UHGV virus genome: UHGV-0172001 | Length of the DNA: 46,559 bases | Reading direction: 5' to 3' (one strand) | Source of the DNA: a virus | Part shown: piece by piece, positions 1 through 8,466 of the stretch | Position numbering within the stretch: position 1 is the stretch's first letter | Layout: each line of letters begins with the position of its first letter | Program-made: the position numbers and the translations under genes | Notes under the pieces: generated by a model | Told to the model about the DNA's origin: nothing | What the model saw: only the letters and a program-made list of their open reading frames with translations | Databases searched by the model: none

Positions 1-349
1 ATAGCGGTCATAAAACCGCCGCGAAGCAGTCGACCGATCATTCGAGTTCCACCTTTTTATTCATAAGGCGGGACACTTTCAGGATTTTGAATTTATTCAA
101 TTTTTTCCTTTCTCCAAAATCTCTCCAAAACTTTTCCCCAAAACAGGACCACGCATTTTACAGCATTTTTATACATGGGTGAGCTTACTAGGACAGAAAA
201 GTATTCCAGTTTGTTTACCCATATCGCTTTCCGAATGAGATTTTTGATGTGATTTCTTCGTGTTGAAAAACCACATAATGTGGTATTAGAATTAGCTATC
301 AAGATTCACTTTGAATCCGTTTTGAATCCCATTGAACTCAGGAGTGACT

Positions 350-553
350 ATGAAGCGTAAAAGTGTGGCTTTGTTACAAGCCATTGGCTCGGTTATAGCC
401 CTGAGCCCGACGGTCGTTTCAGCAAATGGTATGCCAGCGAATCCAGTTTCCGCTTTGCGTCAGGATGCTGCGGCTATCAGAGGCGATTTCCAAAAAGCAA
501 TGGTATCCGTTAACGTTGAAAAGCTGAACAATGCCAGATCAAAAAGAAAGTGA
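350..553 (+). CDS. Small secreted protein, unknown function
   Basis: ATG at 350 after SD CAGGAGTGA; N-terminus MKRKSVALLQAIGSVIALSPTVVSA looks like a Sec signal peptide. Confidence 0.35.
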   Translation: MKRKSVALLQAIGSVIALSPTVVSANGMPANPVSALRQDAAAIRGDFQKAMVSVNVEKLNNARSKRK

Positions 554-998
554 GAACACCAAACTCACTTGTGAAGAACAAAAGGATAATGAACTGGTTT
601 CTCGAGTAATCGAAAATCCAGAGGTCTTAAACAGGGTTTTGGATAGTCCGCAGGTGCGGGCTATTGTTTGCCAGCATTTTCAGGGGCCTGTTCCGCCACC
701 TTCAATGCTTAAAAAGTATGATCAACTGGTGCCTGGGCTTGCAAATCGACTTGTTGAGTTGACCGAAAAAGAGCAGGCTCATCGCCATAAAACAGTGGCT
801 GATAGCATTGATATTGCCAGAGATGGTCAAACAAAGGCTTTTTGGTTGGCAATATTGATCATCTTAGCTGCCACTGTCTTTGGCGTCATGGGGGAGACAG
901 TTCTTGCCGGAACTCTCGTTTCAATAGATCTTGTTGCATTGGTTACGGCATTTATTGTTGGAAAACATTATTCTAAGCAGGAACCTGATCAAGATTAG
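531..998 (+). CDS. Membrane protein, unknown function (possibly DUF2335-like)
   Basis: 155-aa ORF with C-terminal hydrophobic helices (AFWLAILIILAATVFGV, LAGTLVSIDLVALVTAFIVG); followed by a hairpin terminator. Confidence 0.4.
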   Translation: MPDQKESENTKLTCEEQKDNELVSRVIENPEVLNRVLDSPQVRAIVCQHFQGPVPPPSMLKKYDQLVPGLANRLVELTEKEQAHRHKTVADSIDIARDGQTKAFWLAILIILAATVFGVMGETVLAGTLVSIDLVALVTAFIVGKHYSKQEPDQD

Positions 999-1004
999 TC
1001 TCCG

Positions 1005-1029
1005 AACCCCGGTTGATGCCGGGGTTTTT
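1005..1029. terminator. Rho-independent terminator-like hairpin, probably bidirectional, between the left-end cargo genes and int
   Basis: AACCCCGG-ttgatg-CCGGGGTT followed by a T run. Confidence 0.55.
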
Positions 1030-1074
1030 ACACTAGCAAAGCAATATCAACATTTTTCAGCTGTATTTATTTCG

Positions 1075-2193
1075 TCAAACAACCAATTTAACCCATTCCT
1101 GACCACGAGTATCGTTATAACGATCGGTGGTTGCCTGGACTTTATGTCCCAGTAATGTTTTTGTATCAATACCCTGCGCGCGGTACAGTCGTTCTGACAG
1201 GGAGCGTTGTTCATGAAATGTTGGCGGAGTTTTTCCTGCTGGTGGAGTTATCCCAGCCAGATCCCGTGCTTTGGCAAAGTAGTCGCTCAGGTTGTCTTTA
1301 CTCATCGGCTTTGGTTGTTTCTGGTGCCGACTATGGATTAGATATGGACTTAATATTCTGTCTCGGCACCCATCAATAACTTCTTTTAACGTTATCCCAA
1401 TGGCATCACAGCGTAGTGTAAGCGGTAACGCCAGACGCATTCCGGTTTTTCCCTGGGTGATATGCAAGTGTTCGTTCCACACATCTGAAAAACGCATGTG
1501 GCAAATGTCATCACGGCGCTGACCAGTAACAATCGCAAGAAGCATTGCGTTACGGATAAAGTGTTTTTCAGGCGTTGCGTTGTAAATTTTTTGCCAGTCT
1601 TCCAGGGTGAGCCTGGCTCTAGTTACTTTAGGGATCGGTTTACGGGTAGCCTCCGGAGGATTCCATCCAGGAGGAACTTCCCCTGCATGCTGTGCTTCTT
1701 TATAAATATCAACCCATAATCCACGATTTACTCTCGCTGTGCTGACCATGTCTTTATCCAGCCACTCATCCAGTATTAATGCAAAGTCTCTTACTTCCAG
1801 TTCTTTCAATGGGTAGTTTCCCAGACGGGAAACCAGGTATGCAGCCATTCGGGCTTTTTCTTTGTGAGTTGTAGCTGCAATATCTCCATTTTTCAGTCGC
1901 GTGTCCTGTATTTTCAGATATCGATCAACCCATGCCTTTAATCTGATACCCCGACGTTTTGTTGCTGACGGGCTTTCATCAATTTTGCGCATGAAATATT
2001 CAGCTTCTGCTGCTGCTATTCGCTGATTGGCTGTGGAAGCAATTTTTTCTGCTTTACCTTTATCTGTTCCGAGTCCGTGAAATTTTCCAGTCACAGGGTT
2101 TTTATACTGGTAGTAAACCCTGCCAGTTCTGCGATCAAACTTTTCGTAAAGACCGGCTACGTCAGTGCTGTTTTTTCGTGGCCTCGGTGACAT
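1075..2193 (-). CDS. int: Lambda-family tyrosine integrase
   Basis: 372 aa; C-terminus HEQRSLSERLYRAQGIDTKTLLGHKVQATTDRYNDTRGQEWVKLVV parallels the lambda Int catalytic C-terminus (H-x-x-R ... LLGH ... Y); start overlaps the xis 3' end as in lambda. Confidence 0.95.
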   Translation of the reverse strand: MSPRPRKNSTDVAGLYEKFDRRTGRVYYQYKNPVTGKFHGLGTDKGKAEKIASTANQRIAAAEAEYFMRKIDESPSATKRRGIRLKAWVDRYLKIQDTRLKNGDIAATTHKEKARMAAYLVSRLGNYPLKELEVRDFALILDEWLDKDMVSTARVNRGLWVDIYKEAQHAGEVPPGWNPPEATRKPIPKVTRARLTLEDWQKIYNATPEKHFIRNAMLLAIVTGQRRDDICHMRFSDVWNEHLHITQGKTGMRLALPLTLRCDAIGITLKEVIDGCRDRILSPYLIHSRHQKQPKPMSKDNLSDYFAKARDLAGITPPAGKTPPTFHEQRSLSERLYRAQGIDTKTLLGHKVQATTDRYNDTRGQEWVKLVV

Positions 2194-2431
2194 GAGTTAA
2201 AATCTCCTTCAGTGCATCATCATCGCCAGTATGAATTTCCGGCGCAATTCCCGTTTCACTTGGTCCAACAAATACTGCCCGGCGATCTATCAGCCAACGC
2301 CCACGAATTTTTTGTGGTCTCGGAACGATGTATCCAAGTTTTCCGTATTTCACCAAGGTAGTGTTTGTTATTGGGAGGCTGAACCGTTTAGGTTTCCACT
2401 CGTCGAGCGTTATCAGGTACTGTTCGCTCAT
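2162..2431 (-). CDS. xis: Excisionase (Xis-like)
   Basis: YLITLDEW...KPKRFSLPITNTTLVKYGKLGYIVPRPQKIRGRWLIDRRAVF resembles lambda Xis; sits immediately upstream of and overlapping int; ATG at 2431 with GGAG upstream (GTG at 2440 is an alternative start). Confidence 0.75.
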   Translation of the reverse strand: MSEQYLITLDEWKPKRFSLPITNTTLVKYGKLGYIVPRPQKIRGRWLIDRRAVFVGPSETGIAPEIHTGDDDALKEILTHVTEATKKQH

Positions 2432-2492
2432 GGCTATCACTCCGGAACGCGCCAGTTGCAGAATACCAACGACAACTGGCGACGGTTGAACA

Positions 2493-4949
2493 TTAAAAAT
2501 CAGCCTGACTCGGGATCAGTTTTTGCCAGATAGCTGAAACGTATTTTGCCTGGTAACGGGCGTCATCAAGTGCATTATGGCGCTCACCTTCGAATGGAAT
2601 AGCCGTTCTGGCATCGAAGTCTATGGCTTTCCCCAGCTCAACGATTGTGCGTACATCGCGATCGTTGTAGTAGCTCCACGGGCAGGGGATCCCCTGCCGT
2701 TCGTATGAACGGCGTAAAATCACGTTGTTGAAGTTGGCTTCCTTCCCCCAGATCTGAACAAAAAATTCACCGGAGTTTTCGTCGATAAATTCCCGCAATT
2801 GCAGCAGTGCATCATCTAACGGGATTTCATCGGTCATAATGGCAGATTGCGCTTCGCGTGATTGTTTACACCAGTACTTTATTGCGCCCCGGTCGATGAC
2901 TCCGCCAGCAGTTTCCAGATCGATGGTCTTGCTAAATTCCGGCCCCATATCTCCGGTTTGCGGATCGTAAAATATTGCACCTATTGAGATAATCGGGGCA
3001 TCGGGACTTGTGCCCATAGTTTTAAGGACGATCATCAAGTGGTGCCACACCCTGCTGGTGGATGTGCTTTCATGATGACCGTTCACCTTAACTGAGTGAT
3101 TTGTCGCCTCGCCAGTTTTATTATCGCTATCGTGATGCTGATTGCTGCCAGGGTTCTCCTTGTGTGGATGTTCAGCGTCTTCCATTTCCTTCGGATCATT
3201 TTCCTGAACTTCAACCTGATTCTCTTCATCGAATGTTTCCTGGTATGTTGCGTCGCCCATCACCGCGCCACAATCAGGGCAGTTGCCGCCACCGCTCTGA
3301 CCGCAGGCGGTGCAGACTTTTTCCAGTTCCTGTTGCGCTACTGGCTCGGATTGTTTCGTTTCTGGCTCGTTTTGTTGCGCATTTCGGCTGTTTTGTTCCG
3401 CTTTCTGGTCGTTCTGTTCCGATTCTTGCTGGTTCTGGTTTACAGAATCGCGGGTTTCAATCCCCTTCACCCATTTCGGATCATTCGGGTCGCTAATCCC
3501 TGCAACAAATTCTCCGCGAGAGGCCGCAAGCAACTTATTGGCGTCAGGCTGGCTGATATTGGATGCCTGCATAATTTTGTTTACTTCGTCAGCGGTAACT
3601 TTTACCTGATTAGCCGGATCTATCTGTGCCTGAGTATCCAGCGATTGCGTGTCCTGGCGATGTTCAGTTGTATCCGGCTCCATTGTTTCAGCCGTTGCCT
3701 GTTCATCTGCCATTGCGTCAGACGGTTGTGATTTTTCCTCATTATTTTTTTCTTCTTCTGTTTCGCGTTTAGCAGCCAGTTCGCGGTTAACTTCTTCCAG
3801 GATATCTTTTTCCGGTGTATGTCGTGCAGCAGCGAGAGTTTCCTCGGTAGGGTTCTCGTGATCAGTCTCCGTTAAATAGGCGTTGATATACCCCTGAAGG
3901 CGTCCCGGGTAATGATAAAACTCAGGGTGTGCGCTCCGGATAAGTGCAAAAATAGCGGCGCGGGAGTAATCCAGGATACCCGGGATTGCGCGAAGTGCTG
4001 CGGACCATTCTTTGAACGGACTTTCTTTCTTCCGGACGACTTCTTTTGCGCGACGATAAACGCTGCCCGGAATTTCATAAATATTAAAATCCATCGGAAG
4101 TGTGGCCGCTGCTATCTCCACATCCAGCGTATCGAAGGTGTGTACTAAATTCGGATTGCGATCGGTTTTGTTCCCTCCACCGGCATTAGCACCGGAAGCC
4201 GTGCGGGTGATGCGTGAAACACGATTTCCTCTCATCCACTCTTTTGTCAGCAGACCGCGATCGGTGTAGTCAGCGTCCAGATATGCTTCGAAAAAAGCAG
4301 TCATTAGCCCCAGGCCTGAATTGCCAGGATTAGGGAAAACTTTGTCAGTATCACGCACCAGTTTGTGGAGATCGCGAATTTCCAGTGGATCGAGCAGACT
4401 GGTTTTATGCGAAATAGCGAGGGCAGTAACAGCCGGTAGTTCTTCAGCCCGTGCAATGTGTAATGCCTGGAGTTCGTCGCGTGAAACGTGCGTTACCGGT
4501 TTTTCGCTGCCGCGTTGAGCAAGCCAGCGAATGGGCAGTTCCTGACCGGAAACCGGCAGGAGCATGTTCTCCTCAATCTCAGCCATGTCTTCGCCGTTGA
4601 CGTTGGTATTGTCAGTGCTGGCTGGTTTATCCTGAACAGAGGGCGAGGGCGCGATAAGTACCATTGTGATACCATCTTCCCCGCCTTTTTCGTATCGGTT
4701 GCAGAATTTGGTATCAAACACGCCTTCCGGAGGAAGGTCATTCACAACGGGTAAATGGACGCGAACAGGTTTTTTAAAATCCTCTTCGTCAAATCCAGCA
4801 TCGTCCATTGCGACAACACCGCGTGATATTGCAACCGATAATTTTTTTGCTGTGCGCCAGTAAAAACCGCCTTTAATCCCAAGGCGTTTTCTGACTTTGT
4901 CATTTTTTGCTTCGTAATATAGTGCAATTTCTTCTTTATCAGCGCTCAT
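2493..4949 (-). CDS. Large prophage exonuclease: N-terminal region resembling Rac RecE (exodeoxyribonuclease VIII) non-catalytic part, acidic low-complexity centre with a CxxC...CxxC knuckle, C-terminal DnaQ-like DEDDh 3'-5' exonuclease domain
   Basis: 818 aa; C-terminal motifs [10 protein letters not shown] (Exo I, DxE) and [13 protein letters not shown] (Exo III, H-x4-D); [16 protein letters not shown] zinc-ribbon-like; position between xis and the immunity region. Confidence 0.7.
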   Translation of the reverse strand: MSADKEEIALYYEAKNDKVRKRLGIKGGFYWRTAKKLSVAISRGVVAMDDAGFDEEDFKKPVRVHLPVVNDLPPEGVFDTKFCNRYEKGGEDGITMVLIAPSPSVQDKPASTDNTNVNGEDMAEIEENMLLPVSGQELPIRWLAQRGSEKPVTHVSRDELQALHIARAEELPAVTALAISHKTSLLDPLEIRDLHKLVRDTDKVFPNPGNSGLGLMTAFFEAYLDADYTDRGLLTKEWMRGNRVSRITRTASGANAGGGNKTDRNPNLVHTFDTLDVEIAAATLPMDFNIYEIPGSVYRRAKEVVRKKESPFKEWSAALRAIPGILDYSRAAIFALIRSAHPEFYHYPGRLQGYINAYLTETDHENPTEETLAAARHTPEKDILEEVNRELAAKRETEEEKNNEEKSQPSDAMADEQATAETMEPDTTEHRQDTQSLDTQAQIDPANQVKVTADEVNKIMQASNISQPDANKLLAASRGEFVAGISDPNDPKWVKGIETRDSVNQNQQESEQNDQKAEQNSRNAQQNEPETKQSEPVAQQELEKVCTACGQSGGGNCPDCGAVMGDATYQETFDEENQVEVQENDPKEMEDAEHPHKENPGSNQHHDSDNKTGEATNHSVKVNGHHESTSTSRVWHHLMIVLKTMGTSPDAPIISIGAIFYDPQTGDMGPEFSKTIDLETAGGVIDRGAIKYWCKQSREAQSAIMTDEIPLDDALLQLREFIDENSGEFFVQIWGKEANFNNVILRRSYERQGIPCPWSYYNDRDVRTIVELGKAIDFDARTAIPFEGERHNALDDARYQAKYVSAIWQKLIPSQADF

Positions 4950-5026
4950 TGATAAACCTCGTAACTATTTTTAGTGTGAGCAAATCCCTGCCATTTCTGA
5001 CATATAAAAATGAAATCGGATATTAA

Positions 5027-5230
5027 TTACGGTGCTGTTTTAAGTCCTGCCGGGACTTCGTTATTATCCATGCGAATAACTTTATCGACCGGATAACAGT
5101 TACCGGGAATTTTCTGTTCATCTGCGGCAGCCATGCATTCTTCCATTGAGTCACGTATATCAACAATAAGATCAAGTGGTTCGCCTGTATTAAGAAAAAC
5201 TGTCAGAACGAGTGCGTATGCTGTATTCAT
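5027..5230 (-). CDS. Hypothetical early-left-operon protein
   Basis: 67-aa ORF from an internal ATG with AGGA upstream; 4-nt overlap with the upstream ORF suggests translational coupling. Confidence 0.4.
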   Translation of the reverse strand: MNTAYALVLTVFLNTGEPLDLIVDIRDSMEECMAAADEQKIPGNCYPVDKVIRMDNNEVPAGLKTAP

Positions 5231-5415
5231 TGCCAGTATCCTTTTTGCATCAGACGTAAACGGGCCAGCATTGAAACAATGCATATTTGATTTAATAACT
5301 CCCGTTCGTGTTTTCTCTTATTAATGGCATCTTCAGTAAATGCAGGGTTACTGATACTGACACCAATTTCAAAACAACCTTCAGACGTATTAACGTTTGG
5401 TAATAACGTTTCCAT
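5227..5415 (-). CDS. Hypothetical early-left-operon protein
   Basis: 62-aa ORF, ATGA overlap with the downstream ORF. Confidence 0.4.
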   Translation of the reverse strand: METLLPNVNTSEGCFEIGVSISNPAFTEDAINKRKHERELLNQICIVSMLARLRLMQKGYWQ

Positions 5416-5984
5416 TATCGCGTCCTCAACAATGAATTTTGTGATGCGGTGCCTGGTGCCTCCAGGTGACGTTAACCAGTTAACAATTAACGCCGGATAC
5501 AGGGAAACCCATAAACACCCGATACGGGGGAACTAATCGCTTTTTAACTGTTCCGCGTGCGCTGAGCCGCATTCACCGCATCACAAAATTCACTTTAAAA
5601 AGGGCGGACATCAGCCAGCAATGAAACTGATGCCGCCAAAAGGTAATCAACATGGGTTGTTGCAGCGGGGTTGTCACTTAAGCGTATGGTCAGCCTGACA
5701 ACCTGGTGCATTTTCTGGAGCAATGGAGGAAACCCCAGCCATACTTACCGCCGCGCCATTTCGCGGATTGCCACAACCGGAAGCGCACAATCGAAGAAAT
5801 CTAACGACAAGCCCTCTAAGGAAAAGACACCTCCGCCGTGCGCTTTCGCGTTATGCCCTGAGTTTTCAGGGATATATCCTTTCAGTAAACTGCCAGTGCC
5901 GGATTCTTATCCGTGTCCGGCGCACGACAACACGCTGTCACGTGTGGTCTCCATTCTCAACCAGTAACCTCAATGGAGGATAAA

Positions 5985-6194
5985 ATGCCAAACAAGCCAA
6001 TACATCCGCTTATTGAAAAACAGATTGAATGCCTGGTTAATCAACTCAGGCAATCAGGGTTATTAAAAACTCATTCAGAGCTAGGACTCACAGAATCGGC
6101 ATTCGACGATAAATTAAATAATGCGCTTTATAATGGCATCATTGATTACAATCGTGGTGCTGGTCGTCGTGGCCCTGCTGGTACAGCTTTGTAA
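5985..6194 (+). CDS. Hypothetical small protein, convergent and abutting the 6195-6833 gene
   Basis: ATG at 5985 preceded by GGAGGA; stop TAA at 6192-6194 directly abuts the stop of the minus-strand gene (TAATTA). Confidence 0.35.
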   Translation: MPNKPIHPLIEKQIECLVNQLRQSGLLKTHSELGLTESAFDDKLNNALYNGIIDYNRGAGRRGPAGTAL

Positions 6195-6833
6195 TTACCA
6201 GTTAATCCATAGCGGATAGTGTTCAGCATAAATATAGCTATACACATCCAGGTTGTATTTGCGGTCTGTCCTTAGCAGGTCGCAAATACACGCCGCAGCT
6301 TCCAGGGCGGAAGCTTTGTTGCTGAATAACCATGTAGCAACATTCCAGCGATTATCTTTATCCCACTCTTTTGCGAGAGCTGACACCACGAAGGAGCCGT
6401 TGGTGTTGCCATCAAATACTTCCGTTTCCAGATTTTTAAGTAATGCCTGGTGAATTTTTGCCAGGTATTCAGTCGGAATTTCGCCACGGATTCGGATAAG
6501 GTTGTCATAAACAAACATGTTTCCCGCATATGGCGATTTTTCTTCCTTGTTTTTTAAACCAGCATCATGAGCAAACTGATCAATTTCTTCTTCCGTTGGT
6601 TTCGTATTGATGTTTTGCGCTGTCGTTTCTGCAATTTTCTTTGCCGAATTCTCTTTGTAGTCATTGTTCGGGAACGAGTAAGAATACAGACCGACAAAAG
6701 AATTGCGGACATTATTTGATAAATTTCTGATGAACACTTTATCTACTAATATCATTGGGTTCTGCGCCAGTTGCGAGCGAATCACATCAGCGGCCATTTC
6801 CTGTATTGATATTGGTAAATCTTCAAATTCCAT
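6195..6833 (-). CDS. Hypothetical cargo protein in the rex-equivalent position downstream of the repressor; no recognisable domain
   Basis: 212-aa ORF (MEFEDLPISIQEM...); ATG at 6833 with GAGG upstream; locally AT-rich; same strand as the repressor. Confidence 0.5.
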   Translation of the reverse strand: MEFEDLPISIQEMAADVIRSQLAQNPMILVDKVFIRNLSNNVRNSFVGLYSYSFPNNDYKENSAKKIAETTAQNINTKPTEEEIDQFAHDAGLKNKEEKSPYAGNMFVYDNLIRIRGEIPTEYLAKIHQALLKNLETEVFDGNTNGSFVVSALAKEWDKDNRWNVATWLFSNKASALEAAACICDLLRTDRKYNLDVYSYIYAEHYPLWINW

Positions 6834-6844
6834 CGTCAACCTCA

Positions 6845-6997
6845 TCAGTCAGTGTTTCTGGCCAACCAGCGACGCGCGCCAGATTCGGTTTTAAACGTTT
6901 TGCTTTTGGTATACGTCATAGCGGTGAACGTGCCGTCCTGGTTTGGAAACACGCCGTACACCAGAGACTCGTTGTTGTCAAGATAGATAGTATCCAT
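6845..6997 (-). CDS. Small hypothetical protein downstream of the repressor (YdaF/YdaG-like position)
   Basis: 50-aa ORF from ATG 6997 with GAGG 7 nt upstream. Confidence 0.4.
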   Translation of the reverse strand: MDTIYLDNNESLVYGVFPNQDGTFTAMTYTKSKTFKTESGARRWLARNTD

Positions 6998-7193
6998 GCT
7001 GACCTCATTTCCCCTTAACGCCGGGGTAGCGGAACTAAGACCTGTCGCACCGTTGTGCTTTGATGGTTGAATGATACTATTCAAAGTAGATAAGTCAACA
7101 CAAAAAGTAGAATTTATTGTATCGTTTTCTATATAAAGTTGTTTTTTAAGGCAAAAAAAACCGGCAATGCCGGGTTTGTTAATGGATAAAAAA

Positions 7194-7679
7194 TCACTCG
7201 GAAGGAGGGGGGCAGGCGTATTCCTTGTAGAAATCGTAAAGCTTCTTGAGTCTCATCTCAAAAGCTAGGAGCATGTTCTTGGCTTCAACGGGGGGGAACT
7301 CTCGATACGTTCGTATCAGTCGTTTTTCATCCTCACTCAACTCGGCGAACTCACCACTACAGCTGGTGTCGGATTCTTGTGTTGTAAATGCTCCCCCTGT
7401 CGGTTCACTTCCTTTTTCCACCAGTTGACCATATTCCAGCCATGCGGGCTCGACCCCCAGGAACTCCGCTATTCGCTCAAGTTTTTCGTCTCGCGGTTTA
7501 GCGGTGCCCAGGGTATAGCGCCGCGCCATTTCGTATGTAACACCCGTGGACAGGCTTAAATCCCTGATGGATACATTTTTTTTGTCCATCTCAGACTTAA
7601 GCCTTGTCGCGAATGCGTGATGTTTATGTGTGCTTTCTATCATATGTGGAAGGTTAAAGCAGTTACCGTGTTTCGTCAT
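7194..7679 (-). CDS. Prophage repressor, XRE-family HTH (CI/RacR-like), no LexA-type peptidase domain
   Basis: HTH segment KKNVSIRDLSLSTGVTYEMARRYTLGTAKP; divergent from a cro-like gene; start uncertain (ATG 7679 or 7643, no strong SD). Confidence 0.8.
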   Translation of the reverse strand: MTKHGNCFNLPHMIESTHKHHAFATRLKSEMDKKNVSIRDLSLSTGVTYEMARRYTLGTAKPRDEKLERIAEFLGVEPAWLEYGQLVEKGSEPTGGAFTTQESDTSCSGEFAELSEDEKRLIRTYREFPPVEAKNMLLAFEMRLKKLYDFYKEYACPPPSE

Positions 7680-7694
7680 TTCTATTTTGTGTAG

Positions 7695-7722
7695 TTGCAA
7701 TTTCTACTTTTCGTAGTATTAT
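7695..7722 (+). promoter_or_regulatory. Candidate rightward early promoter (PR-like) with overlapping operator-like palindromes
   Basis: TTGCAA (7695-7700), 16-bp spacer, TATTAT (7717-7722); GTAG-N9-CTAC and CTAC-N5-GTAG palindromes at 7691-7716; about 28 bp upstream of the YdaS-like ATG. Confidence 0.5.
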
Positions 7723-7749
7723 GGCGTCATTCTTGAAACGAGGTTAACG

Positions 7750-8034
7750 ATGAGTACGACGCATAAAAACATCACAGAAAAGGCGGTTACGGCAATTGGA
7801 TCCCCTACAGCTGTAAGCCGCATGTTTGGTTTTAGATCGCCTCAATCCATCTTCAACTGGATTATCCGAAACAGGGTACCCGGCGAAAGGGTTATCAGGC
7901 TTTGTGAATTGGGGGGGTGGGTTGTTACACCGCATGATCTCCGTCCCGATCTGCATCCCACTCCGATTAGCGGGATTCCAGAAGATGTTATCAGATCCAA
8001 AAAAATAGGGTTGATTCATGAAAATCAAGCATGA
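7750..8034 (+). CDS. YdaS-like Cro-type HTH protein
   Basis: VTPHDLRPDLHPTP matches the Rac YdaS motif VTPHELRPDIYPNP; first gene of the rightward operon. Confidence 0.8.
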   Translation: MSTTHKNITEKAVTAIGSPTAVSRMFGFRSPQSIFNWIIRNRVPGERVIRLCELGGWVVTPHDLRPDLHPTPISGIPEDVIRSKKIGLIHENQA

Positions 8035-8443
8035 ACACATCCGCATGGCGATGAATACCTGGGCGCATCCGGACGGTGAAAAAGTTCCGGCAGCTGAAAT
8101 AACCCGGGCTTATTTTGAGCTGGGTATGACGTTCCCGGAATTATATGACGACAGCCATCCGGAAGCCCTGGCTCGCAATACCCAGAAAATTTTCCGCTGG
8201 GTAGAGAAAGACACTCCTGATGCGGTTAAAAAAATTCAGGCGTTGTTACCAGCGATCGAAAAAGCAATGCCGCCTCTGCTGGTGGCCCGAATGCGCAGCC
8301 ACAGTTCAGCCTGGTTTCGAGAGCTGGTGGAGACGCGGGAACGGCTGGTGAGAGATGCTGATGATTTTGTCGCAGTGGCGATCGCTGGTTTCAACCAGAT
8401 GAATCGTGGTGGTCCGGCGGGAAATGCTGTGGTGATGCACTAA
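8018..8443 (+). CDS. YdaT-like protein
   Basis: N-terminus MKIKHEHI identical to E. coli YdaT; follows the YdaS-like gene with overlap. Confidence 0.75.
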   Translation: MKIKHEHIRMAMNTWAHPDGEKVPAAEITRAYFELGMTFPELYDDSHPEALARNTQKIFRWVEKDTPDAVKKIQALLPAIEKAMPPLLVARMRSHSSAWFRELVETRERLVRDADDFVAVAIAGFNQMNRGGPAGNAVVMH

Positions 8444-8466
8444 AAGCACGGTGTTCGGAGTTTTTT

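Noticed and set aside
123-133. 10-11-bp match TTCTCCAAAA(C) shared with 46361-46371 as a possible att core
   Set aside because: Too short and AT-rich to distinguish from chance; recorded only as a candidate in the right-end finding
93-302. 69-aa minus-strand ORF in the AT-rich left-end region
   Set aside because: No ribosome-binding site, low-complexity translation; likely non-coding
3096-3731. Several plus-strand ORFs (211, 131, 99 aa) inside the exonuclease gene
   Set aside because: Antisense to a well-supported 818-aa minus-strand gene; low-complexity translations produced by the repetitive acidic coding region
5416-5985. Search for a lambda N-like antiterminator gene in the leftward early operon
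   Set aside because: No minus-strand ORF of 60 aa or more here; plus-strand ORFs 5671-5967 and 5723-5983 lack start signals and look spurious
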